Shown: positions 1-10,860 of the stretch, one piece after another
Layout of the letters: each line of letters opens with the position of its first letter
How positions within the stretch are numbered: the stretch's first letter is position 1
Made by a program: the position numbers and the translations under genes
The notes under the pieces: model-generated
What the model saw: only the letters and a program-made list of their open reading frames with translations
The model's database searches: none
Told to the model about the DNA's origin: nothing
NCBI GenBank assembly: GCA_003250835.1
Contig: QKJL01000008.1
Location: 1 to 50,055 of the forward strand
From: Alphaproteobacteria bacterium
GTDB lineage: Bacteria > Pseudomonadota > Alphaproteobacteria > Rs-D84 > SZUA-605
Direction: 5' to 3'
Length of the DNA stretch: 50,055 bases

Positions 1-1
1 T

Positions 2-3000
2 TTGAATACATTGTTGCCACAAGATTTGGTGGATGCTGGATTGAATTGGCAGTTGGTATTGGATACAGACGCATCTGATTTGTATTTAGAAATTATGGGA
101 TCAGAAGCATATGTGGTTGAATATGATCAAGCGTTATCAGGTCAAATTTACCGTGCGACAGATTATGTAATTGGATTCCAACGTGATGCAGTCACACAAC
201 CATCACCAGAACGTTTAACATTGGTATTGGGTGCGACAACAGAAGTAATGTACGCCGCAGCACCAACAATTGAACTCGGTGTGATCTATGCAGATCAAGA
301 TTATGCAACAGTTGTGAATAATGGTATCGTATCAACGAATGGGTTTGCAACACAAGCAATTCGTTTTGATTATGCAAACGGTGAAGTGTTTAATGGTACA
401 ACAGGATCAATCATCGGGGATGTCTCATTTAACGCAGCAGGTTCATCTGATTATATGAAGCAAGAAGGTGTCATCACAGGCGATGTGTATATGGGATCAG
501 GAAATGATACAGTGGATGTGAATGTAGGCACATATACAATGAACGGGACTATTTATGCAGGGGCTGATACAGATACTCTTGGTTTAATTGGGACAGGTTC
601 ATATGATTCAACACCATTTGATGGCTTTGAAGTGTTGACTGTACGTGACAGTGCAGCTGTGACATTTGATGCAGACTTTTCAATGAATTCAGTTAACGTT
701 GAAGCAAACGGATTGGCAACATTCTCTGGGGCATCAATCACAACAGCATCTCTTCAAAATGATGGGACAATGACAGGTGATTTTGCGTTAACAAATGCTG
801 CATCATTTACAAATAATGCGGTTTTAGATGCAGGCTTTGATAGTGTGATGAGTGCCGGGAATGACAGCTTTACAAATACAGCAACAGTTGCTGGAACATT
901 GGATATGGCGGATGGAATTGATACGGTTGCAAACTCAAGCACAATCAATGGAACTGTGTTAACAGGCGCTGGAAATGACTCTGTCAATAATACAGGCTTG
1001 ATTGCAGGTACACTTGATATGGGTTCTGAAAGTGATGAATTTATTAATTCAGGAGATATTACAGGAACAGTTGATTTGGGTGTAGGCGATGATACAGCAC
1101 GTATTGATTTATCATTAATCCAAACCTTAACTGGAACGTTATCAGGAAACTTTGGAACAGATACATTAAATATCTATGGTTCAGGAACGGTTGCCTTAAC
1201 AACAGACTTTGAAACAATTTCTGTAAAGCAAGGAGCATTTGTTGATTTTGCTGGGGCAGATATCACAGCAACTTCTTTGATCATTGGAGAAGCAGGTTTG
1301 GGTGAAGCCGTGGTTGATTTAACAGGGGCAACACTTGATATTCAAGGATTCCAAAACTTTGGTCGTGTGTCTGGTGCGTTTTCACCATTTACAGTAACCA
1401 CAACATTTGATAACCAAGGTCAAATCGGAACAGCAGATGCAGGAATTGATGTCACATTAAGTGATGAAGCCGATGTGTTTGTAAATACAGGCATCATTTA
1501 CGGAGCCGTTGATCTAGGTGATGGGGATGACATTGCAACAGTGGATGCGTCAACACATTATGTCACAGACGGGATCGATGGTGGTCTAGGTTATGACATC
1601 TTGCAAATTGAAGGTACATCAACAGCAGTTGAATTTGGAACAGATGTTCAAAACATTGAACGTTATGAAGTATTAGCAGGTGCAAATGTGATGTTTAATG
1701 ATTTCAATGAAACACCAGAATTAGCAATTGCACATAGCGCAACAGTGACATTAAATACATCTGGTATGGCAGTTGGAGATGTTCAAAATGCAGGAACATT
1801 GGAAGTGGTTGGTTCTCAGAATTTGAACAGCTATATCCAAGGCGCAAATGGAACATTGTCACTTGTATTGGCGGCAACAGGCGAAAGTTCAACATTGAAT
1901 ATTGCTGATACTGCAACATTTTTACCAGGAAAATTAGAATTGTCATTTGATGGTATCCGTGAAATGAATGATGGGGATCAATTTACATTGTTAACGGCTG
2001 CTAATGGAATTACAGGGGTTGATGATTTAACAATTACATTGGGTGAAAATTTCTCTGATGGGGACTTCACATTATTAACAATTAATGGTGATACTGAACT
2101 TGTGTTGTTGGTAAATGTAAAACCAATCGAAGCCTTTACAGGTGGGTTACGTACATTGGGTGAAAAAGAAGACTTGGTGGCGAATGTTCCTGTTGTGAGT
2201 TTTGAAATTCAAAAACAAATTTCAGCAGCGGTACAAGGTCGTATCAAAGATGTAATTGATTCAAAGACCGGTGAATTTACAACAAGTAAAGGAACCGCTG
2301 CTTGGATGCAAACATCTGTGATCACAGGGGATTATAATACGTGGTCAGAAGATGAAAAAATGGAATATTCATCAACAGGTATTGTATTTGGATCAGACAT
2401 TGTTTTATCAAAAACAAGTTTGATGGGAGGATTGTTATCGATCAACTCAACAGCGGCTGAAAATCCAGAAGATCAAGGATATGAACATAACACTGTAAGT
2501 TATCAACTTGATTTCTATTTTGCGGAACGTTATGACAGCTTTAACTTGATTGGAATGTTTGGGTTTGGATTGAATACCCACTCACAAGAACGTTTGTCAG
2601 AAAATGGGGCTGAAACAATCGAAGCTGATTATGTAAGTAACTTGTTTACAGGTGAAGTCACTATGTCATTTGATTTTATTGCAGGTAACTGGCAATTAGT
2701 TCCTTATTTAACAACAGCGTATACAGTTGTTCACCAAGATTCATACGAAGAATCTGGGGATGATGCTGTTGCGACAGAAATGGTTCATATTGATGCAGTG
2801 ACTGCAAGTTCATACCGTAATTCATTCGGAGGATCTATTGCGTATAATTATCGTACAACGTACACAATCTTTACACCAAAGTTATGGGCAGAAGTGGGAT
2901 ACGAAGGGATTAATGCACCTGAAGTAAGTGGGTATGAATTGAACGGCCCAACAAAGTTTGTGAAATCATACTATGATCAAAATGGAATGTTCAGCCGTTA

Positions 3001-3121
3001 CGGAGCAGGGATGTATTTACAAGTAGGTCCAACATTGAAGTTCGGAGTTGAATATGAACATGGCGCATACGAAGCGTTAACTTCAGATCGTATAGATCTC
3101 CGTGGCTCATACCGTTTCTAA
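2..3121 (+). CDS. Autotransporter outer-membrane protein, 5' end cut by the window edge
   Basis: The ORF is open from the window start. The passenger is long and rich in Gly/Asp/Asn/Thr, with reiterated units such as GxGNDxV, NTGxIxGTxDxG and GDGDD. The C-terminal ~280 aa have alternating beta-strand character and end in the OMP signature ...LRGSYRF. Confidence 0.8.
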   Translation: MNTLLPQDLVDAGLNWQLVLDTDASDLYLEIMGSEAYVVEYDQALSGQIYRATDYVIGFQRDAVTQPSPERLTLVLGATTEVMYAAAPTIELGVIYADQDYATVVNNGIVSTNGFATQAIRFDYANGEVFNGTTGSIIGDVSFNAAGSSDYMKQEGVITGDVYMGSGNDTVDVNVGTYTMNGTIYAGADTDTLGLIGTGSYDSTPFDGFEVLTVRDSAAVTFDADFSMNSVNVEANGLATFSGASITTASLQNDGTMTGDFALTNAASFTNNAVLDAGFDSVMSAGNDSFTNTATVAGTLDMADGIDTVANSSTINGTVLTGAGNDSVNNTGLIAGTLDMGSESDEFINSGDITGTVDLGVGDDTARIDLSLIQTLTGTLSGNFGTDTLNIYGSGTVALTTDFETISVKQGAFVDFAGADITATSLIIGEAGLGEAVVDLTGATLDIQGFQNFGRVSGAFSPFTVTTTFDNQGQIGTADAGIDVTLSDEADVFVNTGIIYGAVDLGDGDDIATVDASTHYVTDGIDGGLGYDILQIEGTSTAVEFGTDVQNIERYEVLAGANVMFNDFNETPELAIAHSATVTLNTSGMAVGDVQNAGTLEVVGSQNLNSYIQGANGTLSLVLAATGESSTLNIADTATFLPGKLELSFDGIREMNDGDQFTLLTAANGITGVDDLTITLGENFSDGDFTLLTINGDTELVLLVNVKPIEAFTGGLRTLGEKEDLVANVPVVSFEIQKQISAAVQGRIKDVIDSKTGEFTTSKGTAAWMQTSVITGDYNTWSEDEKMEYSSTGIVFGSDIVLSKTSLMGGLLSINSTAAENPEDQGYEHNTVSYQLDFYFAERYDSFNLIGMFGFGLNTHSQERLSENGAETIEADYVSNLFTGEVTMSFDFIAGNWQLVPYLTTAYTVVHQDSYEESGDDAVATEMVHIDAVTASSYRNSFGGSIAYNYRTTYTIFTPKLWAEVGYEGINAPEVSGYELNGPTKFVKSYYDQNGMFSRYGAGMYLQVGPTLKFGVEYEHGAYEALTSDRIDLRGSYRF

Positions 3122-3140
3122 GTTGAGATAAAGAATAAAT

Positions 3141-3169
3141 AAAAAAAACTCCCCCCGGGAGTTTTTTTG
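3141..3169 (+). terminator. Rho-independent terminator after the autotransporter
   Basis: The sequence aaaaaaaACTCCCcccGGGAGTttttttt forms a GC stem followed by a T-tract. Confidence 0.8.
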
Positions 3170-3234
3170 TGTGGTTGACAGATTTGGAATATGTGTTATT
3201 GTTTTTGTAATTTTATTATTTAAAAATTATTGCT

Positions 3235-3567
3235 ATGGGACGTCAAAATTATACAGTTGATCCTGTTACGTTATTTAATTTATTACGTGATGTGGGTTTT
3301 ATTAAAGATCAACAGCGCTTTATTACATTTTCAGATTTAATTAACGAACATCCTGAGGAAGCAGTTATTTTGTTTCACGGTGTTGTTGGTGATGGACAAG
3401 AATTTATAGATGAGCGTTTGAATAAGTTTCAATTATCTTTAGATGAAGAGGAAGCTTATTTTCAAGAAGAAACTGGTGGTTCAAAATCTCTTCAAGAGAT
3501 AGAACGTTTGAAAAAAATTGTTACCTTTTACAAATCGTTTAAAGAATTACTTTTTGATGTAAAATAA
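3235..3567 (+). CDS. Hypothetical acidic cytoplasmic protein (110 aa)
   Basis: The ORF has its own flanking terminators. I recognised no family. Confidence 0.55.
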   Translation: MGRQNYTVDPVTLFNLLRDVGFIKDQQRFITFSDLINEHPEEAVILFHGVVGDGQEFIDERLNKFQLSLDEEEAYFQEETGGSKSLQEIERLKKIVTFYKSFKELLFDVK

Positions 3568-3592
3568 AAAGCCCCATTTGGGGCTCTTTTTT
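3565..3592. terminator. Bidirectional terminator between convergent genes
   Basis: The sequence aaaaAGCCCCatttGGGGCTctttttt has A- and T-tracts on both sides. Confidence 0.8.
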
Positions 3593-4424
3593 ATTTGAAT
3601 TTAAAACGTTGTTTAAATAGTTTTCCTTGTTCTTTCCAGTTCATTCCTTCTGGTTGTTTTAAACTGGTATTTGCGAGGAAGAGTGCCCCAATTAATAAAC
3701 CAAATGTATTTGATAATAAAAGGCCTAGTGTAATGAAACTTGCTCCAAATGTGATATGTGCCATCCAATTTAACATGATGCGTTGATTTTCTGGTGCATA
3801 GTGTGTGAACAAAAATGCATATAATAAACAATCAATGATTAATAATGTTAAGGCCAAAATACTTTCTGTTAAAAAGAAAAATAGGATTAGTGATAATGTA
3901 AATAATGTAAATGCATGTAATAAGTATGGGTTTGCAATACTTGGTTTAACACGTGGTTTAATTAAATTTTTATATTCAGCTAAGTGAAGGGTGAATGTAT
4001 TTAATGTGAATGTGATTAAGAATAATTCAATTAAAATAAAGATCTTTTCAGGAATTGTTAAGTTACCTGCCATTCCCAGCATATATGATTCTGGTTGCAT
4101 GATGATGATAAATAATCCAATTGTAATACATAGCATGATTAATAGACGGACACTAATCAATACATTTTCAGTAATGATTTTATGTTTACGTTGGATTAGG
4201 TATGCTAATAATCCTCCTAGTCCAATCGCGCCTGCGTACCATGCTAGGATAATGAGGTTTTCAGAAATACTGATGAAACCTGCTAGTGCTGTTAACCCAA
4301 ATCCAATTCCAGTGTATTTTTGTAATTTAGGATGATTTTTTGATGTTAACAGAGACCAGATGAAAATTAATCCACCGGCGAAGCTGATTAAAAATAATAG
4401 GCGTGATAAAATATTAAGCGTCAT
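3591..4424 (-). CDS. Polytopic inner-membrane protein of unknown family (277 aa)
   Basis: There are about 8 hydrophobic segments. The start overlaps the stop of the upstream membrane ORF, giving an operon arrangement. Confidence 0.65.
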   Translation of the reverse strand: MTLNILSRLLFLISFAGGLIFIWSLLTSKNHPKLQKYTGIGFGLTALAGFISISENLIILAWYAGAIGLGGLLAYLIQRKHKIITENVLISVRLLIMLCITIGLFIIIMQPESYMLGMAGNLTIPEKIFILIELFLITFTLNTFTLHLAEYKNLIKPRVKPSIANPYLLHAFTLFTLSLILFFFLTESILALTLLIIDCLLYAFLFTHYAPENQRIMLNWMAHITFGASFITLGLLLSNTFGLLIGALFLANTSLKQPEGMNWKEQGKLFKQRFKFK

Positions 4425-4767
4425 TTTTTTGACCTTTTTTGTTTTTTAAAAATGAAAATAGAAAATATCCAATAATTGTTGATCCAATCATCAATACAAT
4501 GCGTTTTAAGAAGTATGAGATGCTTGGGCGTAAAATGATGTGTGGAAATGCTGTCATTGATAGAATTGATAACAGTCCACAAATGCTAAGTACCAATACA
4601 GTCAAATCGTGAAATGAATTTAATTCTTTTGTTTTTAAGAAATAACGTGCAGTGAAAAATGTAAAAATGCAGAGTAGAAAACTCTGAAAAAAATGTGAGG
4701 TGTCGATTGGGAACAGTGGTCCCTTGTTTAAAATTTCCTGTAACAGGATCATACTTTTTTCTTCCAT
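4414..4767 (-). CDS. Small membrane protein of unknown family (117 aa)
   Basis: There are 3-4 hydrophobic segments. It overlaps the downstream gene by 11 nt. Confidence 0.55.
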   Translation of the reverse strand: MEEKSMILLQEILNKGPLFPIDTSHFFQSFLLCIFTFFTARYFLKTKELNSFHDLTVLVLSICGLLSILSMTAFPHIILRPSISYFLKRIVLMIGSTIIGYFLFSFLKNKKGQKNDA

Positions 4768-4829
4768 ATTATTCTCAACTTGTTTAGATTAATGTTTGTA
4801 TGATTGTATTCTAAGAAAAAGGATGTAGC

Positions 4830-5594
4830 TTGGCAAGTCAAAAAGAAAATTTTAATCATAGTTTATTAAATGGGCAGGTAAAAATTTATCAGCCAGATCA
4901 TTTATATCGTATTTCGATCGATCCTGTTTTACTTGGATCTGTTTTTCCGTCTGATATTACAGGGGATGTATTGGATATTGGTTTTGGTACAGGTGGGGTG
5001 TCGCTTGTTATGATGCATCGTTGTCCGGAATTAACATTTGTTGGATTAGAGAAACAGACAGATTTAATTTTACAAGCCAGTCATAACATTTCTTTGAATT
5101 CTCAAGAAGATCGTTTTGAATTGGTGGAAGGTGATTTGTTTGATATGCCTTCATTAGTTAAAAATCGTTCATTTGATTATGTTGTGACGAATCCTCCTTT
5201 TTATCAAGGGGAACAAGCTGAGAAACATTTTAAAAAGACTGCTCATAGTGAACAGTTTGATTTATCGGATTGGATTACTGAATCTGTTAAACGTGTTAAG
5301 GCACGTGGTTACTTTGCCATTATTCATCAAGCGGAACGTTTAGATGATATTTTGGCGACTCTTTCGCAATTGCAAATGGGGGGCGTTGAGGTTTATCCTA
5401 TTTATTCAAAGGTTGGGCAAGTGGCTAATCGTGTGATTGTGGTTGCACGTAAAGGTGTAAAGACTGCGACAACTGTTTATCCGCCGCTTTATATGCATGA
5501 TGATGGGATGACTGATACACGTAAGTATAGTGATCAAGCGGAGTGTGTCTTAAGGGATGGGTGTTATTTGAAGGATGTTGTTTTAAAATCTTAA
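4830..5594 (+). CDS. SAM-dependent N6-adenine methyltransferase, TrmN6/YfiC-like
   Basis: It carries the SAM-binding motif LDIGFGTGGVSL and the catalytic motif VVTNPPFY. The start is TTG, preceded by aagga. Confidence 0.7.
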   Translation: MASQKENFNHSLLNGQVKIYQPDHLYRISIDPVLLGSVFPSDITGDVLDIGFGTGGVSLVMMHRCPELTFVGLEKQTDLILQASHNISLNSQEDRFELVEGDLFDMPSLVKNRSFDYVVTNPPFYQGEQAEKHFKKTAHSEQFDLSDWITESVKRVKARGYFAIIHQAERLDDILATLSQLQMGGVEVYPIYSKVGQVANRVIVVARKGVKTATTVYPPLYMHDDGMTDTRKYSDQAECVLRDGCYLKDVVLKS

Positions 5595-6127
5595 AGTGAT
5601 TGGATGTTAAGTAACGCACTGTCATCCGTATTATTTGTTTTGATTTGTACAAAGATTCTGTTTTGTTTAATATTTTCTTCTTTGAACATATTTTTAATTT
5701 CTACACTTCTGCGTAGAGCCAAACGTTTTGATTCAGATGTTTTAAGTGTTGATTCTGATTGTGTGTAAAATGTTGTAATATTGACGCGTGTTTTAGGATT
5801 TTTATTTAGGATTCCAATAACATTGGCAATTTGAATTTTCAAATCTGTTGTGAGTTCACTTGTTCCTTTTTTGAACGTTAGCGTTGTATCTTGGAATTTT
5901 ATTTCAGTTTCAAGAGGAACGGGTGTATTTACCGAACTTGTTTCAATTTTTTCTGTTTTTGTTTGAATGACTGGTGTATCACTTTCAAATATGTATGTTG
6001 ATTTTTTTACTTTAACTGGGAGTGTTGTTTTGAAATCAAAGAGAGGTTCATTTACATTCATTGGTTTAGAGAGAGCGTGTGCACTCCCCATTAAACCAAT
6101 TGCGAATATAAATATTATTTTATGCAT
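5591..6127 (-). CDS. Secreted protein with a degenerate OmpA/MotB-like C-terminal domain
   Basis: It has an N-terminal signal peptide (...LMGSAHA). The C-terminus reads LTFKKGTSELT...RVNITTFY...SKRLALRRSVEIKNMF, which resembles an OmpA_C fold. The start overlaps the suhB stop (ATGCATAA). Confidence 0.5.
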   Translation of the reverse strand: MHKIIFIFAIGLMGSAHALSKPMNVNEPLFDFKTTLPVKVKKSTYIFESDTPVIQTKTEKIETSSVNTPVPLETEIKFQDTTLTFKKGTSELTTDLKIQIANVIGILNKNPKTRVNITTFYTQSESTLKTSESKRLALRRSVEIKNMFKEENIKQNRIFVQIKTNNTDDSALLNIQSL

Positions 6128-6875
6128 AATCTTTTAACGTCTCCGCAATGTTTACATTTCCAGCAATAAATGTGCCTTCTGAATCATATACAAATCCACC
6201 TGATTCTTTGATCATTAATGCACCGGCTGCGTAATCCCATACTTTACCCATTGGTTTCCATGTTAGGAGGGCATCCATTTTTCCAGCTGCTACGTGAGCA
6301 AGGTCGAGTGCTAAGCAATGTGTGTTACGTGTATTTGTTTGTTTGTAGAGTTTTTGAAAATTTTCAAAATTGTTATGAATTCCATATGTTGCAACTAAGC
6401 TGTCAGATAATTCTTTACGTTGTGATACGCGAAGACGTTGTGATTTGAATGGGTGGTGCAAGAATGCTCCTTGTCCTTTTTCAGCATAGAACATTTCTTC
6501 TGTTAATGGGTTAAAGATTACACCTGCTGTAATTTCATTTTGTTCACGTAGGGCAATTGAAATACAGAAATATGGAAATCCGTGGATAAAATTGTTTGTC
6601 CCGTCAATTGGATCAATGATGAAATCATGTGCGATGTCAGATCCTTTTTGAGGTTTATTTAATTCTTCTGCAATAATTCCGTATTTTGGACGAGCTTCTT
6701 TGAGAGTTTCAATGATGATTTCTTGAGATTTGATATCAGATGATGATACAAAGTCTGTTAAGCTTTTACGGCTGATTTGTAAGTTTTCGATTTCGCCGAA
6801 GTCTCGACGGATTGCACGGCCTGCTTTTTGAGCAGCTTTCATCATAATTGTTATAATTGCAGATGTATTTTGCAT
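6120..6875 (-). CDS. suhB: Inositol monophosphatase family protein
   Basis: The motifs DPIDGTNNFIHGFPYF and WDYAAG are present. Confidence 0.85.
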   Translation of the reverse strand: MQNTSAIITIMMKAAQKAGRAIRRDFGEIENLQISRKSLTDFVSSSDIKSQEIIIETLKEARPKYGIIAEELNKPQKGSDIAHDFIIDPIDGTNNFIHGFPYFCISIALREQNEITAGVIFNPLTEEMFYAEKGQGAFLHHPFKSQRLRVSQRKELSDSLVATYGIHNNFENFQKLYKQTNTRNTHCLALDLAHVAAGKMDALLTWKPMGKVWDYAAGALMIKESGGFVYDSEGTFIAGNVNIAETLKDYA

Positions 6876-6999
6876 TTTTATTTCCTTTGTATCATATTCA
6901 CAATGTTGTTATTTAGCAGGTTATCACATGCTTTTTCGGATCGCAAGGATAAAAAAAAGCCTTTCGGCTTTTCTTCTGTTCTAGAAATCCGTTGATTTA

Positions 7000-7191
7000 T
7001 TATACGCCTAAATCCTCTTCGTATACTTTTGCTTCAAAGTTTTCTACATTTTCAGCTTGTTCTTTTAATTTTTTAATGTTTTTTGCATTTTTTTCAAAAG
7101 ATAAACTGTTTAAAGCTTTGTTTAAGCCTTCTTCATGATCGAAAGCTTCAGCAAGGTCTACGATGTTGTTTTTTTGATTAAAACGTGCCAT
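7000..7191 (-). CDS. Hypothetical small acidic protein (63 aa)
   Basis: It is an isolated ORF with a weak downstream hairpin (aaagccTTTCggcttt at about 6957-6970). I recognised no family. Confidence 0.45.
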   Translation of the reverse strand: MARFNQKNNIVDLAEAFDHEEGLNKALNSLSFEKNAKNIKKLKEQAENVENFEAKVYEEDLGV

Positions 7192-7347
7192 GTTTTTGTC
7201 CTTACGCGTTTCTTTATTTCATTTTGTTCTTCTAATGTAGTTCAACTTCATTTTTTTGTCAAGTATGAATTATCATTATTTAATCTTTTCACTCGCAATG
7301 AGTTTTAACTTATGGTATATTATATCATAGATAGGGGAAGAGATAAA

Positions 7348-8235
7348 GTGAAAAATATTTGTTTATTAATTATTTTGGTTGTTAGTTTGTCTGGATGCAA
7401 GCTGGGTGAAAGCATGCAGCCAATGTTTTCAAATGTGGCTCGTCAGGTGAGTGATTTAGTTCATCTTGTGCAATCATACCCATATTCTAAGACAATTCAA
7501 GATGTTCAGCATGATGTTGATACTATTCGTTATAGTCGTGCGGCAGAATATCATACTATTTATTTTTCAGTTGAAAAAGATAAGGTTTTTTCTGTTATTG
7601 AAAAGTTAAAAACACTTTCTGATGCTCAAGATATCGATTTACGTGAACAAGATTTGAAACGTGCGTCGAGTTCAGTGGATGCAGAAGGTTTGTTTATTAT
7701 TCGTGTACCATTGGATAAAATGACTGAATTTATTCCATCATTACAAGAAGTACATGCGTTTAAACGTCATCAAATTGCAAAAGATACACCACAGGCAGAT
7801 ATTGATTATTATGAAGCTGAAATTGAAACACTTTCATACTTGAAAGAGTCTTTGATGGATTACATGAAAACTGCCGAATCGCGATCATTGTTGGAGAAGA
7901 AGGCTGTTCAACGTAAGCTTTTACAGATTGAATCTCGTCTTTCTGCTCGTCGTGAGGCTTTATACCATCTTATTAATGCAAAAAAAGAGGCTGCGGTTAC
8001 ATTAATTATCGAGCCTGAATATTACTCTAAATTGAGTGAAGTGAAGGCCTTGTTTTATGTGTTTATGGATCGCTTTTTAAAATCATCAGTGTGGCCAGTT
8101 TTCTTGTTAGGTTTTGTTTTACCTTGGTTTTTATTTCTTTATTTGGTGCGTTATTTACGTCGTCATTTTTATGCATCGAATCCTAAAAAAGTTCCGGCTC
8201 TTTCTGTCCCAAAAAGTCAACCCCTTAAAAAGTAA
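7348..8235 (+). CDS. Lipoprotein with a coiled-coil region and C-terminal TM helices (DUF4349-like architecture)
   Basis: It has a lipobox (LSGC). I prefer the GTG start at 7348, preceded by aggggaaga, over the ORF-track start at 7312. There is a hydrophobic C-terminal segment WPVFLLGFVLPWFLFLYLV. Confidence 0.6.
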   Translation: MKNICLLIILVVSLSGCKLGESMQPMFSNVARQVSDLVHLVQSYPYSKTIQDVQHDVDTIRYSRAAEYHTIYFSVEKDKVFSVIEKLKTLSDAQDIDLREQDLKRASSSVDAEGLFIIRVPLDKMTEFIPSLQEVHAFKRHQIAKDTPQADIDYYEAEIETLSYLKESLMDYMKTAESRSLLEKKAVQRKLLQIESRLSARREALYHLINAKKEAAVTLIIEPEYYSKLSEVKALFYVFMDRFLKSSVWPVFLLGFVLPWFLFLYLVRYLRRHFYASNPKKVPALSVPKSQPLKK

Positions 8236-8310
8236 AAATATTCATAAAAACAGGGTTGATTTCTTGGACTCTTCCGCATAGAATGTTTGCGTCTTGAAAA
8301 TTAGTAATAA

Positions 8311-9591
<1,281 letters not shown>

Positions 9592-9607
9592 TAGGATCGG
9601 TTAAACG

Positions 9608-9835
9608 ATGATATTTATTGATGCAGCGTATTACGTTTATAGTCATTTTGTCGAATTGGCAATATTGGCGGCGGTATACGCTGCACCTTCTTTTTTCTTG
9701 ATGAAGACTGGTGTACATGATGGGACGCATCGTCAATTGTTGATTGTTTTAAATATTGTTTTAGGATGGACAATTGTGATGTGGTTTTATACGTTGTATA
9801 AGTCTTTTCATAAAAAGAAAGAAAAATTAAAATAG
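9608..9835 (+). CDS. Superinfection-immunity (Imm-like) family small membrane protein
   Basis: It has two TM helices and the family-typical core LNIVLGWTIVMWFYTLY. Confidence 0.55.
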   Translation: MIFIDAAYYVYSHFVELAILAAVYAAPSFFLMKTGVHDGTHRQLLIVLNIVLGWTIVMWFYTLYKSFHKKKEKLK

Positions 9836-9837
9836 AG

Positions 9838-9866
9838 AAAGAGACAAGGTTTTGTCTCTTTTTTTA
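9838..9866 (+). terminator. Rho-independent terminator
   Basis: The sequence aaaGAGACAAggttTTGTCTCttttttt forms a hairpin followed by a T-tract. Confidence 0.8.
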
Positions 9867-9901
9867 TTTTCAATGATTGTTTTTTCTGTTATAATGCGAG
9901 T

Positions 9902-10615
9902 ATGAGTGTATTTATGACAGTTTTAGATTTTGTTTTACTCACAGCGGTGATTTTATCCGCTTTTTTTGCTTATAACCGTGGGTTCTCTCGTGAGATCATG
10001 GCTATTGGTGCATGGGTTGGAGCTGCTCTTTTAACGAATTTGGCAGCACCTGGTATGATTCCGCATTTCAGAGATGCTTTTCAATTAAATGATTTGTCTG
10101 CATCTGTGATGAGTTATTTTTTTGTTTTTTTAATTTCAATTGTTATTTCATCTTTCTTGGTGAAACGTTTGGCGCGTCGATTGCATGCAACGGATTTAAA
10201 GGGAGTAGATCAAGCGCTTGGTTTTATTTTTGGTTTATTCCGCGGTGTTCTGTTAATTTGTATTTTTTATTTATTTATGTTGTGGTTAATTCCAGTCGAA
10301 GAAAATCGTCCAGATTGGTTCCGTAAAGCTCGTTCACGTCCAGTACTTCGTTATGGTGCTTATGGTATTGATCGATTGTTTATTCCAGGGGCAGGGGTAA
10401 AGGCTATGAATGATGATATGAATTATAGTTCAGACGCTAATACAGTTAAGGATACGTATGAACGTTTATTAAAGCCAGATATTAAGAAATTAGAGCCTCA
10501 ATTAGATGATGATCAAAAAGAAGAAGAGGGGTATAAAGAGTCTGAACGTAAAGATTTGGAACGTCAGATTTTGCAATTGGAAGCGTTGGAAAAAATTTTA
10601 GAAAAAAATGACTAA
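9902..10615 (+). CDS. cvpA: CvpA family membrane protein with a charged C-terminal extension
   Basis: The N-terminus LDFVLLTAVILSAFFAYNRGFSREIMAIGAWVGA is typical of CvpA. It has 4 TM segments. Confidence 0.8.
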   Translation: MSVFMTVLDFVLLTAVILSAFFAYNRGFSREIMAIGAWVGAALLTNLAAPGMIPHFRDAFQLNDLSASVMSYFFVFLISIVISSFLVKRLARRLHATDLKGVDQALGFIFGLFRGVLLICIFYLFMLWLIPVEENRPDWFRKARSRPVLRYGAYGIDRLFIPGAGVKAMNDDMNYSSDANTVKDTYERLLKPDIKKLEPQLDDDQKEEEGYKESERKDLERQILQLEALEKILEKND

Positions 10616-10686
10616 AAGGTATTGACCTGAGTCAGTGAAATTGCTAAAGTGTATTTATCCTTAGAAGGAAGGGAGAAGGAAGTGCT

Positions 10687-10727
10687 GGGTTGGTTCATTC
10701 ATTTGAACTAACCCCTTTCTTTTTTTT
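10687..10727 (+). terminator. Rho-independent terminator (cvpA, or a short sRNA)
   Basis: GGGTTGGTTC-attcattt-GAACTAACCC gives a 10 bp stem, followed by ctttctttttttt. Confidence 0.7.
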
Positions 10728-10771
10728 GTTTTCAATTTTCTATAATTTAGAATCTGTCAAAGTGTTCTGAT

Positions 10772-10800
10772 TTGACTTTCCATTTTTCTTTGATTATAAT
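10772..10800 (+). promoter_or_regulatory. Consensus sigma70-type promoter (TTGACT-17-TATAAT)
   Basis: There is an exact TTGACT at 10772-10777, a 17 nt spacer and an exact TATAAT at 10795-10800. Confidence 0.5.
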
Positions 10801-10860
10801 TTTAGGTAATACTTTAGTTATTAAAATTATCATTATCACGATATATTGGGGAAAGTATGT

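Noticed and set aside
3595-4335. Plus-strand ORFs of 60-114 aa.
   Set aside because: They are antisense to the AT-rich membrane-protein gene at 3591-4424. They have no start-site context.
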